Assembly: GCA_039802325.1 (NCBI GenBank)
Contig: JBDRWH010000001.1
Coordinates: 1-36,997 of the forward strand
Direction of reading: 5' to 3'
DNA: 36,997 nucleotides
From: a candidate division WOR-3 bacterium
Lineage (GTDB): Bacteria > Hydrothermota > Tepidihabitantia > SM23-42 > JAOAFX01
Positions 26,196-35,362 of this stretch are shown piece after piece. Position numbers and translations under genes: made by a program. The notes below the pieces were generated by a model. That model saw only the letters and a program-made list of their open reading frames with translations. It was not told where the DNA came from and searched no databases. How positions within the stretch are numbered: the stretch's first letter is position 1; every line of letters begins with the position of its first letter.

Positions 26196-26847
26196 TGTCT
26201 GCCTTTACAAGATAGCCAGCATTCTGGAAATCTGCGTAAAAATCTTCTTCAAAATTTAAACAGCAAAGCAACTTTCCACAAATTCCTGATAGTTTACTTG
26301 GTGCAACAAAGATTTTCTGTTCCCGTGCCATTCTCAATGATATTGATTTTAGATCTCTCAAAAATGTAGCACAACAGATTCTTCTTCCGCAAGGACCAAT
26401 CCCACCCACATAACGCACATAATCACGTACACCAATTTGTTTTATCACAACTCGCTTATTCAGTTTTTGAGAGATGTACCGATGGAGTTTACGAAATTTC
26501 ATCTTTTTTTCGGCAGTAAAATAAAATATCACCCGTTCCTCATCAAATTGACAATGAGCATATACTACCTTCATATTTACCTCAAACTCCCTTATTGCAT
26601 TTTTCAACTCGATCAGGCAAAATTCTTCATATTCTCTCAGTTCTTCTATTTTGGCTGAATCTTCATCATGTAAGGGTCGCAGAATCTCTCCAACCACAGG
26701 CTCTAACTCATCAGTCTGAAAACCAATAATTCTGCCCACATCAACACCATCGCTACTCTTAAAAAGAACTTGATCTCTGAGTGTGTATATACCTTCTCCA
26801 CCTACACATACGATCCAGAATGGAGTGACTTCTAAATGATAATTCAT
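26164..26847 (-). CDS. PSP1 domain protein (RicT/YaaT-like)
   Basis: Cys-rich PSP1 C-terminal signature GPCGRRICCATFL...LSGICGKLLCCLNFE. Confidence 0.75.
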   Translation of the reverse strand: MNYHLEVTPFWIVCVGGEGIYTLRDQVLFKSSDGVDVGRIIGFQTDELEPVVGEILRPLHDEDSAKIEELREYEEFCLIELKNAIREFEVNMKVVYAHCQFDEERVIFYFTAEKKMKFRKLHRYISQKLNKRVVIKQIGVRDYVRYVGGIGPCGRRICCATFLRDLKSISLRMAREQKIFVAPSKLSGICGKLLCCLNFEEDFYADFQNAGYLVKADSEEKNEVEEF

Positions 26848-27122
26848 TGTTTCAGAAAATATACCTTCTCACCCTTCTTGATCATTCCCAGATCATCCCT
26901 TGCTCGTGTTTCAACAAACAACCCTCTCCGGTAGTCATCGATCCTCTTCTTCAACAATTCATTTTCAGCAGAAAGGATAAGAATTTGTTTTTGCAATATT
27001 CTCTCAGTATGAAAGGCATTAATGAGCAAAAATAATTTCCTCCCAAAATATAATAAGGGAATAAGAACAAAGACAACTAATAAAATCCAGCGTTTTAGTG
27101 ATGATAGTATTTCCCTCTTCAT
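26844..27122 (-). CDS. Septum formation initiator family protein (FtsB/DivIC-like)
   Basis: 92 aa with an N-terminal TM and a coiled coil (ENELLKKRIDDY). The C-terminus ETRARDDLGMIKKGEKVY is typical of the family. Confidence 0.7.
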   Translation of the reverse strand: MKREILSSLKRWILLVVFVLIPLLYFGRKLFLLINAFHTERILQKQILILSAENELLKKRIDDYRRGLFVETRARDDLGMIKKGEKVYFLKQ

Positions 27123-27143
27123 TTTTCCCTCACAAGAAAATCT

Positions 27144-29462
27144 TCAGGCGTGAGGTTTGTAGTGTTGATAGTAGTAATAATAACGGTGCCGATAGTATCG
27201 TTGTGTAACATCAACCCCATTCAATACATAGCCGACAATTTTCTCACCAGCACGTTCCAGTTCTTCCTTAACTTCAAGAACTGCATCTCTATTTGTTTTT
27301 CCGGTCATGACCACAACAAGAATTCCATCACAGATCTTGCCCAGGACCCTCGCATCGGCTATCCCCAGGGCAGGTGGGGCATCAATCAGTATGAATTCGT
27401 AATTGTTCTTGAGATCCGCAACGGTTTCTATCATTCGTGCCGAACCAAGTAATTCAGCAGGGTTAGATGGAATTGTCCCGCTGGTAACAAAATGAAGGTT
27501 TTCAAAAGGAGATCTCAAAACTGCATCCTTTAGTTTTATCCGATTGATTAGAACATCAGACAGACCGTTGTGATTATCTCGTACAATATCCCTGAAATAT
27601 TGATGTAACTTAGGTCGGCGGAAATCACAATCAAGAATGACAACTTTATGCCCGACCTGGGCAAGTGTAATCCCAAGATTGATGCAGGTTGTTGTCTTTC
27701 CTTCCTGGGGAATAGTGGAAGTAAATAACAGAGATTTTATGGGTCGAGCAGCCGCAGAGAAAGAGAGATTTGTTCGTAATATCCGATAAGCCTCTGCAAT
27801 GTCTGAATGCGGTTCCTGAATTGTTGGAATATCAATGGGGTGTTTGTTTTTTACGAGTGGAATTGTTGCCAGCACAGAAATGCCTGTTAGTTCTTCAATC
27901 TCTTTAGAAGTCTTTACTGAAGTATCAATATATTCAAGCAAAAATGCACCACCGATACCAATGAGCAAACCAAGCAACAAACCAAGTATCCCATTCTGTT
28001 TTGGTTTTGGTTCAACTGGTTCGTCTGGTATGATGGCGTAGTCAATAATCCTTGCCTGGCTTATCTGCATTGCTTCAGCAATCTTGGATTCCTCAAGTTT
28101 GCCAAGAAGCATTGTATATATCTCTTCGTTTGCCTTTTTCTGCCTTTCCAGTTGTGCTAAATTCACCTCTGCTTCAGGCAATTGTTTCAAGCGGCGATTA
28201 TGCCGGTCAATTATCTGATTCAAAGCATCAATCCTGCTTTGCAGTGCGATGAGACGGGTTTCACTGTTAATGATATTTGTAATAACTGCTTGAAATACCG
28301 GATCACCAATTGAGGGACCGGCCAGAGCAATCTGTTTGCTCGTCTGATTTATCTCTTGTTCAACCCGGGCAATTTGTTCTTCAATCTGCCTTGATTTTGC
28401 TGGATCGCCCTGAAATTCCTGTTTCTTCACTTCAAGTTCCTTCAACTGTTCTTTTAATTTCAGTATTAATGGACTATTGGAGATAGTGGGGAAAGAGGCC
28501 ATCTTTTTATAATAGCCATAACTTGCCTCATCACGGGCAAGTTCATTTTCAAGTTTCTTAATACTACTTTCGGTCTCATTCAACTCCACAATCGCTTTCT
28601 CTTTTTCAACCTCAAATTGGGCAAGCGAGTTGATGATTTCCTTCGCAGTTTCGCTTAACAAAAATACACCGCTCTTTTGTTTGTATTCACGGAGATTTTC
28701 TTCAGCACTATCAAGTTCTGTACCGAAAATCTTAATCTGACTTTCAATAAACTCCTTGGAACCACGAGCAGATTCCCGCAAACTCTCTAAGGTGTATAGA
28801 ATATACTCTTGAGATAAAGCATTCGCAATCTTCGCGGCGAGTTCTGGCAACGAAGAACGGGCCTTCAATAACACAAGTGCGGTATTTTTGATCTGGTTTG
28901 CAGAAATATTACCCATTAATTCTTCGGTTGCCTTCTCTATGTTCATCACCGAAAACTCAATATAATCCCGTGCTGGCTTCTCTCTTAAGATAAATTTCAA
29001 ACCGTTATCATCAAAAAACTCTCCTACTGTGCCCCTGCCGATGACCTCTTCTTTTGTGTTAAAAATAATGAACTTGTTGTTATCCTCAAATTTTAAGAGA
29101 TACTTGCCTGGTAGAAAATTATCACCCACCTGAACAGAATCAAAAAGTTGTCGGCTATGGTTATTAACCGCAAAATTCAAAGCAAGTTTTTTTACTACTG
29201 CCCTTGACAGAGCCCGGCTACGAATGATTTCAAGTTCGCTTTCAACAGGGTCAACTCTTTGCGGTGTGTATAATTCTGTGAAGAACACGGGTTTTGCCTC
29301 AGAAAGTTCTAACTTAAATCTGACCTTTGCCTCATAGATTTTTGGAAGTTGCAAACTTATGATAATAGCGCCGAGTGTCGCAACCACTACACAAATGATT
29401 ACCAGGTTGCGTCTCTTTAACACAATATCAAGATAATCCTGAAATGTTGGTTCTTTGTTCAT
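27144..29462 (-). CDS. Polysaccharide co-polymerase / tyrosine autokinase (Wzc/GumC-like)
   Basis: Wzz-like N-terminal TM, long coiled coil and second TM. Kinase domain has Walker A PQEGKTT, VVILDCDFRRP and Walker B FILIDAPP. The tail is Tyr-rich (RYYRHRYYYYYQHY). I place the start at ATG 29462 (MNKEPTFQDYLD, ATGA overlap with the upstream stop). ATG 29519 is an alternative. Confidence 0.8.
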   Translation of the reverse strand: MNKEPTFQDYLDIVLKRRNLVIICVVVATLGAIIISLQLPKIYEAKVRFKLELSEAKPVFFTELYTPQRVDPVESELEIIRSRALSRAVVKKLALNFAVNNHSRQLFDSVQVGDNFLPGKYLLKFEDNNKFIIFNTKEEVIGRGTVGEFFDDNGLKFILREKPARDYIEFSVMNIEKATEELMGNISANQIKNTALVLLKARSSLPELAAKIANALSQEYILYTLESLRESARGSKEFIESQIKIFGTELDSAEENLREYKQKSGVFLLSETAKEIINSLAQFEVEKEKAIVELNETESSIKKLENELARDEASYGYYKKMASFPTISNSPLILKLKEQLKELEVKKQEFQGDPAKSRQIEEQIARVEQEINQTSKQIALAGPSIGDPVFQAVITNIINSETRLIALQSRIDALNQIIDRHNRRLKQLPEAEVNLAQLERQKKANEEIYTMLLGKLEESKIAEAMQISQARIIDYAIIPDEPVEPKPKQNGILGLLLGLLIGIGGAFLLEYIDTSVKTSKEIEELTGISVLATIPLVKNKHPIDIPTIQEPHSDIAEAYRILRTNLSFSAAARPIKSLLFTSTIPQEGKTTTCINLGITLAQVGHKVVILDCDFRRPKLHQYFRDIVRDNHNGLSDVLINRIKLKDAVLRSPFENLHFVTSGTIPSNPAELLGSARMIETVADLKNNYEFILIDAPPALGIADARVLGKICDGILVVVMTGKTNRDAVLEVKEELERAGEKIVGYVLNGVDVTQRYYRHRYYYYYQHYKPHA

Positions 29463-30034
29463 TTTGCGTAATAGATTATCTGTAGAATTAAAGTGCCAAT
29501 AGTAAAAAGAACTGACCATTCCTGAAGTGCCGGCATAAATCTCCTGGGGACAATAACAACATCCCCGGGTTCCAGATCAAGTTCTTCTATCTTTTTACCA
29601 TTTTTCAATATCTTCTCAAAGTTTACAGTTCTTTCTTTACCTAAATTCAGAACGCGAATCCGACCCAGGTTGCCATTTGCGGTTGGACCACCAGCTATCG
29701 CAAGGAGATTTGAAAGATTTTCACTGCTTTTCAGATAATACTTTCCTGGTGATTTTACTTCACCAAAAATATTTATCTGATAATAAACATTCACCGTAAG
29801 AAATACATCTCCATAGTACTTGTGAAATTCATCAATCAACATTTTTTCAAGGGAATCAGCCGGAATCTGCTTGATACTCAATTTACCTAAAAGTGGAATG
29901 TTCAAACTTGTATCCGCATCTACCAGATACTTACCGCTCAAAGTAGGTTGATGCCATATCTCAATTTCTATTGCATCATTAGGAGTTAAATATACATGCG
30001 GGGAAATGGCAAGTAGAAATGTCAATATGAACAT
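29459..30034 (-). CDS. Short polysaccharide export protein (Wza-like Poly_export + SLBB domains)
   Basis: IPLLGKLSIKQ, FGEVKSPGKYYL and PGDVVIVP are typical of Poly_export/SLBB. Short hydrophobic N-terminus. The promoter lies directly at the ATG. Confidence 0.65.
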   Translation of the reverse strand: MFILTFLLAISPHVYLTPNDAIEIEIWHQPTLSGKYLVDADTSLNIPLLGKLSIKQIPADSLEKMLIDEFHKYYGDVFLTVNVYYQINIFGEVKSPGKYYLKSSENLSNLLAIAGGPTANGNLGRIRVLNLGKERTVNFEKILKNGKKIEELDLEPGDVVIVPRRFMPALQEWSVLFTIGTLILQIIYYAK

Positions 30035-30039
30035 ATTAA

Positions 30040-30067
30040 ATTATATGCAATAAGAAGCGGTTGTCAA
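30040..30067 (-). promoter_or_regulatory. Sigma70-type promoter of the wza-like operon: TTGACA-N16-TATAAT, with the ATG 5 nt after the -10
   Basis: Minus strand has TTGACA at 30067..30062 and TATAAT at 30045..30040, then TTAAT, then ATG at 30034. Confidence 0.55.
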
Positions 30068-30070
30068 GAA

Positions 30071-31294
30071 TCAAAATAAACCAAGCTGTGAGTCACTTGA
30101 TGTCTGTTGTTCAAAGAGTTTTACCATACCGAATTCTCCATCATAACCCGGATTGATGATAACATCGCCACGTCGTGCCCGTTCAATACCCTGCACAATC
30201 TTTTCTTGAGTGTTATTCTTCAGTTCTTCTATTGGTGTATTAAGCAGAATTTCAAATTCATTTCCAAAAACTTTGCAGAGTCTTTGATATTCATTCTTCA
30301 CACCAACCGTATCCCTGCCCACACCCATTGCCTCAGCAATGACCTCTTCAAGCGGTATAAGGTTCTTGTATGGGATGTGTTTTTCTGGCACATATCCCTC
30401 TGGGCGATCAGCGAGGATTTCAACCCTGTGCAGTACACCCACAGTAATGCTTCGTGAACATACCGGACAGAGATTATTGTTTAATCTCGCCTCTTTAGGA
30501 GATAATCTTACCTGACACCGACGATGACCATCAAAATGATATTTCCCCTCTTCGGGATAGAATTCAATCGTATACAAAAATCTCTTGGTATCTTTGTTTC
30601 TTAGCACTTCCTTCAGGGAGAAATAATTCAGTTCTTCACTAAAAACATTTGCCTCACGACCCAGACGATTAGGAGAATGCGCATCAGAATTGGAAATGAG
30701 TGTGTGATTGTCAAGCATTGAAAGTCGCCAGTTCATTGCCGGATCTGAGGACAGACCGGTTTCCAAGGCGAAGATTTCATTCGTAAGTTGACCGAAACAT
30801 TCTTCAATTGTATCAAATCCTGCATTGGAACCGAATAAAGAAAACCATGGTGTCCAGATATGCGACGGCACAAGAAAAATCTCGGGAGAAATATCAAGTA
30901 GCGCACCCAGCATATCATCGGTTGCTAAAGAAAGAGTTGGTCTTCCATCAGATTCAAGTTTCCCATACTTGCCAAGATAACTATTGATTTTCTCAACGGT
31001 TTGAAAATCAGGAGCAAAAATGATGTTGTGAATCCTGCGCAATTTTCCATTCTTAGTGTAGATATTGTTCACTTCAACTGTAAGTATGAACTTTATCCCT
31101 GAGTATTCGTATACTCCATCCTTGAATTGAAGGTATTCTTTGAGTTCTTTCAACCAACCTGAATGCGTAAAATCACCCGTGCCTACCATTCCAATACCCT
31201 TCAATTTTGCATATTCAGCAATCTTTGGAATCGTCATGTCCTGAGAAGTTGCCCTGGAAAATCTTGAATGGATGTGTAAGTCGGCAATCATCAT
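30071..31294 (-). CDS. Endonuclease Q-like PHP-domain protein
   Basis: N-terminal PHP metal-binding motif ADLHIHSRFSRA...VGTGDFTH and later NSDAHSP. Zn-finger-like CPVCSRSITVGVLHRV near the C-terminus. About 407 aa, matching the EndoQ architecture. Assigned by eye. Confidence 0.6.
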   Translation of the reverse strand: MMIADLHIHSRFSRATSQDMTIPKIAEYAKLKGIGMVGTGDFTHSGWLKELKEYLQFKDGVYEYSGIKFILTVEVNNIYTKNGKLRRIHNIIFAPDFQTVEKINSYLGKYGKLESDGRPTLSLATDDMLGALLDISPEIFLVPSHIWTPWFSLFGSNAGFDTIEECFGQLTNEIFALETGLSSDPAMNWRLSMLDNHTLISNSDAHSPNRLGREANVFSEELNYFSLKEVLRNKDTKRFLYTIEFYPEEGKYHFDGHRRCQVRLSPKEARLNNNLCPVCSRSITVGVLHRVEILADRPEGYVPEKHIPYKNLIPLEEVIAEAMGVGRDTVGVKNEYQRLCKVFGNEFEILLNTPIEELKNNTQEKIVQGIERARRGDVIINPGYDGEFGMVKLFEQQTSSDSQLGLF

Positions 31295-32058
31295 GGTTTT
31301 ACTGCAATCCCAAGAATTCTTGTATCTAACTCAGTTGCTGGATTGAATGTCAGGTGCCTGTATAGTGTGATATCAAATCCCGCATCATTGCTGATTTTTT
31401 TAATTACATCAAGGGCATATGCCTTTTCCTGATGGATTTCCTTGAAGGTCACAACCTTGCTATCTTCATATACATTAATGGTCAATTTCAGTGTTGACAC
31501 GTGTGTCGTGCTATCAAAGGTATTGTCCCATATAGAATGAATTGGTCCGTCTCTTCTTTCAAAGATTTGATTTCCCCATTCATCCTGCAGGGCATGAATC
31601 GTATTCATATCAAACACAAAGATACCTTTTCTGGTCAGGTTTGTATACACTGCATTGAAACAACTCAACAATTCATCTTCACCTAACAGATAATTTAGAC
31701 TATCATACAAACAGGTAACTACTGGAACCTGTGCATTAAGAAAAAAATTTCTCAAATCACCCTGTATCAACTGAACCTCGCCATTCTTGAATGAAGCCTC
31801 GGAGAACCTACCCCTGCAGATCTCAAGCATTGCCTCAGAAGCATCAAGTCCGATTACACGATAGCCTTTTTCAAACCACATCTCAAGGCAAACCCCGGTT
31901 CCACAGGCAATATCCAAAATTACTTTTTCCTTGATTTTATGCATAAGAATTATCCGCTCAATGTAGCTTACCCATGAGCGATAGTTAACAAAGGACATCA
32001 AGCGGTCATAGTATGGTGCGATTTTTGTAAAAGGCTGATCAAAACCCTCTAATTTCAT
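31291..32058 (-). CDS. Class I SAM-dependent methyltransferase, substrate unknown
   Basis: Motif I ILDIACGTGVCLE followed by GLDASEAML. ATGA overlap with the endonuclease-Q-like gene. Confidence 0.7.
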   Translation of the reverse strand: MKLEGFDQPFTKIAPYYDRLMSFVNYRSWVSYIERIILMHKIKEKVILDIACGTGVCLEMWFEKGYRVIGLDASEAMLEICRGRFSEASFKNGEVQLIQGDLRNFFLNAQVPVVTCLYDSLNYLLGEDELLSCFNAVYTNLTRKGIFVFDMNTIHALQDEWGNQIFERRDGPIHSIWDNTFDSTTHVSTLKLTINVYEDSKVVTFKEIHQEKAYALDVIKKISNDAGFDITLYRHLTFNPATELDTRILGIAVKP

Positions 32059-33502
32059 AATTCGGTGCTTCTTTAGTTATTGTAATATCATGCGGATGGC
32101 TTTCTCTTAGACCGGCTGGGCTGATTCTGATAAACCTTGCCTTTTTCTGAAGAGTCTTGATATCCTTTGCCCCACAATAACCCATGCCTGATTTTAGACC
32201 TCCGATAAGTTGGAATATTACATCTTTGACCAGACCCCGATAAGGAACCCGTCCTTCAACACCTTCAGGAACAAGTTTTTTTGCTGCTTCCTGGAAATAC
32301 CGATCTGCAGAACCACGGCGCATAGCCGACAATGAACCCATTGCTCGATATTCCTTGTATCTTCTACCCTCAAGCAGAATGGTTTCACCTGGACTTTCTT
32401 CGGTGCCAGCAAAGAGATTTCCGATCATAACGCAATCAGCACCACAAGCAAGTGCCTTGACAATGTCGCCTGAATACCTGATCCCACCATCGGCAATGAT
32501 AGGAATTCTATATCTCTTTGCAATCCTGGAGCACTCCATAATTGCGGTAACCTGTGGTACACCAATGCCGGCAATAATTCTGGTTGTACAGATTGAGCCC
32601 GGTCCAATACCTACTTTAATTGCATCAACGTCAAGTTTGGCAAGATGCTGCGCTGCCTCAGGATTACCAATATTACCTGCAACCAATTCCATTTGTGGAA
32701 ATTTTCTTCTTATCTCTCTTATCAGCTTAGTCACACTATACGAATGGGCATGGGCAACATCAATGACAATTGCATCAACTTCAGCCTCAACAAGGGCTGA
32801 TACACGATCCATCGTTCTTTTATCCACACCCACAGCTGCAGCACAACGCAATCTTCCGGTCCTGTCAAATATCGCATTGGGATGTTCCATTTTCTTTATT
32901 ATGTCCTTTATTGTTATCAATCCCTTTAATCTTCCGTTACGATCAATTATTGGCAGTTTTTCTATTTTGTGCTTTTTTATGATTTTGCGCGCCCGCTCCA
33001 GGGTCGTTCCCTCAGATGCAGTAATCAAATTCTTGCTGGTCATTGCATCTTTTACTCTTTTGCTGAGATTATCCTCAAATATTATGTCTCTGTTGGTTAA
33101 CATGCCGACCACACGAAATTCTTTGTTTACCACTACCACCCCTGAAATCCCGTTTTTTTCCATCAATTCCTTTGCCTCCCGCACTGTCATATTTTCTGTT
33201 ACGGTAATCGGATTGATGATCATTCCGCTTTCTGCCCTTTTGACCTTTCTCACTTCCTTTTGTTGTTCATCAATCATCAAGTTTTTATGGATAACACCAA
33301 TACCGCCTTCCTGGGCAAGGGCAATTGCTGTAGCTGATTCAGTTACGGTATCCATTGCAGCACTTACTAAAGGAATATTCAAGATAATATTTCTTGAAAA
33401 TTTTGTCTTAACATCACAGTCACGCGGTAAGACATTGGAAAACTGGGGGATCAATAAAATATCATCAAATGTAAGTCCTTCTTTTATGTTAGTTTTTTTC
33501 AT
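32039..33502 (-). CDS. guaB: IMP dehydrogenase
   Basis: LTFDDILLIP N-terminus, a tandem CBS insert and catalytic loop GIGPGSICTTR, plus GGIRYSGDIVKALA. 487 aa. Confidence 0.95.
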   Translation of the reverse strand: MKKTNIKEGLTFDDILLIPQFSNVLPRDCDVKTKFSRNIILNIPLVSAAMDTVTESATAIALAQEGGIGVIHKNLMIDEQQKEVRKVKRAESGMIINPITVTENMTVREAKELMEKNGISGVVVVNKEFRVVGMLTNRDIIFEDNLSKRVKDAMTSKNLITASEGTTLERARKIIKKHKIEKLPIIDRNGRLKGLITIKDIIKKMEHPNAIFDRTGRLRCAAAVGVDKRTMDRVSALVEAEVDAIVIDVAHAHSYSVTKLIREIRRKFPQMELVAGNIGNPEAAQHLAKLDVDAIKVGIGPGSICTTRIIAGIGVPQVTAIMECSRIAKRYRIPIIADGGIRYSGDIVKALACGADCVMIGNLFAGTEESPGETILLEGRRYKEYRAMGSLSAMRRGSADRYFQEAAKKLVPEGVEGRVPYRGLVKDVIFQLIGGLKSGMGYCGAKDIKTLQKKARFIRISPAGLRESHPHDITITKEAPNYEIRGF

Positions 33503-33507
33503 TTTTT

Positions 33508-33535
33508 ATTATAATGAATATTAGAGATTTGTCAA
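33508..33535 (-). promoter_or_regulatory. Sigma70-type promoter of guaB: TTGACA-N16-TATAAT, with the ATG 5 nt after the -10 (probable leaderless mRNA)
   Basis: Minus strand has TTGACA at 33535..33530 and TATAAT at 33513..33508, then AAAAA, then ATG at 33502. There is no room for an SD. Confidence 0.6.
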
Positions 33536-33541
33536 TACAAA

Positions 33542-35227
33542 TCAGAATTTCCTCTTGAAAAGATAGACCTTCTGACTCACAGGATTCCAATCCATATTGG
33601 GGAAATCGGGTTCAAATTCAAATCCCAGGATATTAAATTTCCTTTCAAAGACTTTAATGAGCTTGTAATCATTCTGATTAAACAGCTGGCGAAGAAAATT
33701 GCGACTATTAACCTCTCCCACTATGCTATAGGGCAATTCTTCACATTCAATTTGCGTAATAAAGAAATATTCAGGCAAATAATACAGGAGTGAATAGTAA
33801 TCATAATTAGTTTTGACAAAATCATAATAAAGGTTGTTCAACAGTTCATCATCCTTTGGTGCGATACCTTCTCCGTCGTAGCCGGGCCACTCAACCGGTG
33901 GCGTGTACCTAAAGGGCATAACAGTAGCAGCTCCTACTTTGGTTCCCTCCGGGATATTCTTAAACATCCAGTCAGCAAACTGATACCGGGTATCAGGATA
34001 TTTCATTCTATCAATCATTGCTACTGTAAACAATGATGTATACAACAGGACAACTGCGGTGAAGCCAAGTAAGATATATGGGAGATATTTATTCTTAATG
34101 CGCGCTATCAATTCAGTCATTGCACCGGCGATGATAAGCGAAATAAAAGGCATAACTGGTAAAGAGTGCCGCAGGTGGGGTGAAGGCGATATTGCAAGTA
34201 TAATATAGAAAGGAATTAGATAGGAAAGGAGTATTTTATCAGCGAAACTTCTACGATAAATCACATATCCAATGCACAAAAAAGCGAGAATTGCAAGAGG
34301 CGGTCTCAAGGAGTAGTAAAAGATATAGCCCAATGGTTTTACGGGATTGGCAGGATAATTATTATAAGCAAACAGACCTTTGGCACCGAAGATGCCACCG
34401 AATTCATCAGGTCCTCCAAAGAGAAATTGACGGTAAGATAGCAGACAATGTGGGGTTGTGAGCACAAATACGATAAGCATGACCATAATTGAGAGGAGGA
34501 CATATTTCCAACCCATTTTGCGAAATTTTAGTACAAAAATCATAACGAAAGGGAAAACAATTAACAGATTCATATACTTTGTTCCCAGCGCTAAACCAAG
34601 TAAAAAACCTGTCAAAATGAACCATCTTATCTTTATCTCTTTTTTATTGCTCACCGTAACGAGATGATATAAGCATAACATTGACCAGAAAACCGCAGGA
34701 CTGTCCACAACAAAAAAATGTGATTGAAAAACATGTGTCGGTAGAATTGCAAAAATGAACGAAGCAATCAAGCCGGTCTTTTTATCATAGAGTTTTAAGC
34801 CAATTAAATATACGAGTAAGACGGTCAAAATTCCTTCAATCATTGTAATGATCCTGCCAATCACATACAATTTATGATAATCATCAAGTATTATCTTCTC
34901 AACTGGCTGCCCCTGCAAATTAGTCATTACCGGTTGGGCAAAAGTTTTGACATAGCCGAGCAAATGCGCCATTTTCATTGCAATAACCAATGTATAATAG
35001 TGAAAAGAAGGATTGATAAAATAATGCAGATTGAGATCCTCGGGATCCATTCGCAATATTAGATTTATGACAAAAGACTCATCCTGATACCCAGCACGAT
35101 AATATGGTTTGTCGGGTACTGCCCACTCAAATCCACTGAAGCGCAGGTACGAGGCAAGAATAATAATCAACAAGAATAAGACAAAATAGATTTTCTGTTT
35201 CTTAATCTTAGCAAAAAAATTTCTCAT
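33542..35227 (-). CDS. GT-C fold (family 39 / ArnT-PMT-like) membrane glycosyltransferase
   Basis: 561 aa with about 11-12 TM helices. Acidic first-loop motif (YQDES). C-terminal soluble domain. Confidence 0.55.
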   Translation of the reverse strand: MRNFFAKIKKQKIYFVLFLLIIILASYLRFSGFEWAVPDKPYYRAGYQDESFVINLILRMDPEDLNLHYFINPSFHYYTLVIAMKMAHLLGYVKTFAQPVMTNLQGQPVEKIILDDYHKLYVIGRIITMIEGILTVLLVYLIGLKLYDKKTGLIASFIFAILPTHVFQSHFFVVDSPAVFWSMLCLYHLVTVSNKKEIKIRWFILTGFLLGLALGTKYMNLLIVFPFVMIFVLKFRKMGWKYVLLSIMVMLIVFVLTTPHCLLSYRQFLFGGPDEFGGIFGAKGLFAYNNYPANPVKPLGYIFYYSLRPPLAILAFLCIGYVIYRRSFADKILLSYLIPFYIILAISPSPHLRHSLPVMPFISLIIAGAMTELIARIKNKYLPYILLGFTAVVLLYTSLFTVAMIDRMKYPDTRYQFADWMFKNIPEGTKVGAATVMPFRYTPPVEWPGYDGEGIAPKDDELLNNLYYDFVKTNYDYYSLLYYLPEYFFITQIECEELPYSIVGEVNSRNFLRQLFNQNDYKLIKVFERKFNILGFEFEPDFPNMDWNPVSQKVYLFKRKF

Positions 35228-35245
35228 AATTTGATTCCCGATAAA

Positions 35246-35273
35246 ATAATATTTAATTAGTGAATAAAATCAA
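35246..35273 (-). promoter_or_regulatory. Candidate divergent promoter of the GT39-like gene: TTGATT-N16-TATTAT
   Basis: Minus strand has TTGATT at 35273..35268 and TATTAT at 35251..35246. The ATG is at 35227. Confidence 0.35.
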
Positions 35274-35314
35274 GACGATTTTTAAACTCTTTAATCCGAT
35301 TGCATGTTTGGATA

Positions 35315-35342
35315 TTGGCTATAGTGATTTTAATGGTATAAT
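35315..35342 (+). promoter_or_regulatory. Candidate promoter of the 35363 gene: TTGGCT-N16-TATAAT (TGG precedes the -10)
   Basis: TTGGCT at 35315..35320 and TATAAT at 35337..35342. A short leader carries GGAGG. Confidence 0.45.
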
Positions 35343-35362
35343 ATAACATGAATGGAGGTAAT

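Noticed and set aside
29463-29519. Upstream ATG for the Wzc-like gene, overlapping the wza-like gene by 61 nt
   Set aside because: The extension (MVSSFYYWHFNSTDNLLRK) is not Wzc-like. ATG 29462 gives the typical N-terminus and an ATGA stop/start overlap. It is kept as an alternative because neither start has a clear SD.
32355-33524. 389-aa ORF on the plus strand
   Set aside because: It is entirely antisense to guaB, whose product has unmistakable IMPDH motifs. The antisense product is low-complexity (S/I/L/T/A-rich) and has no RBS. It is a shadow ORF.
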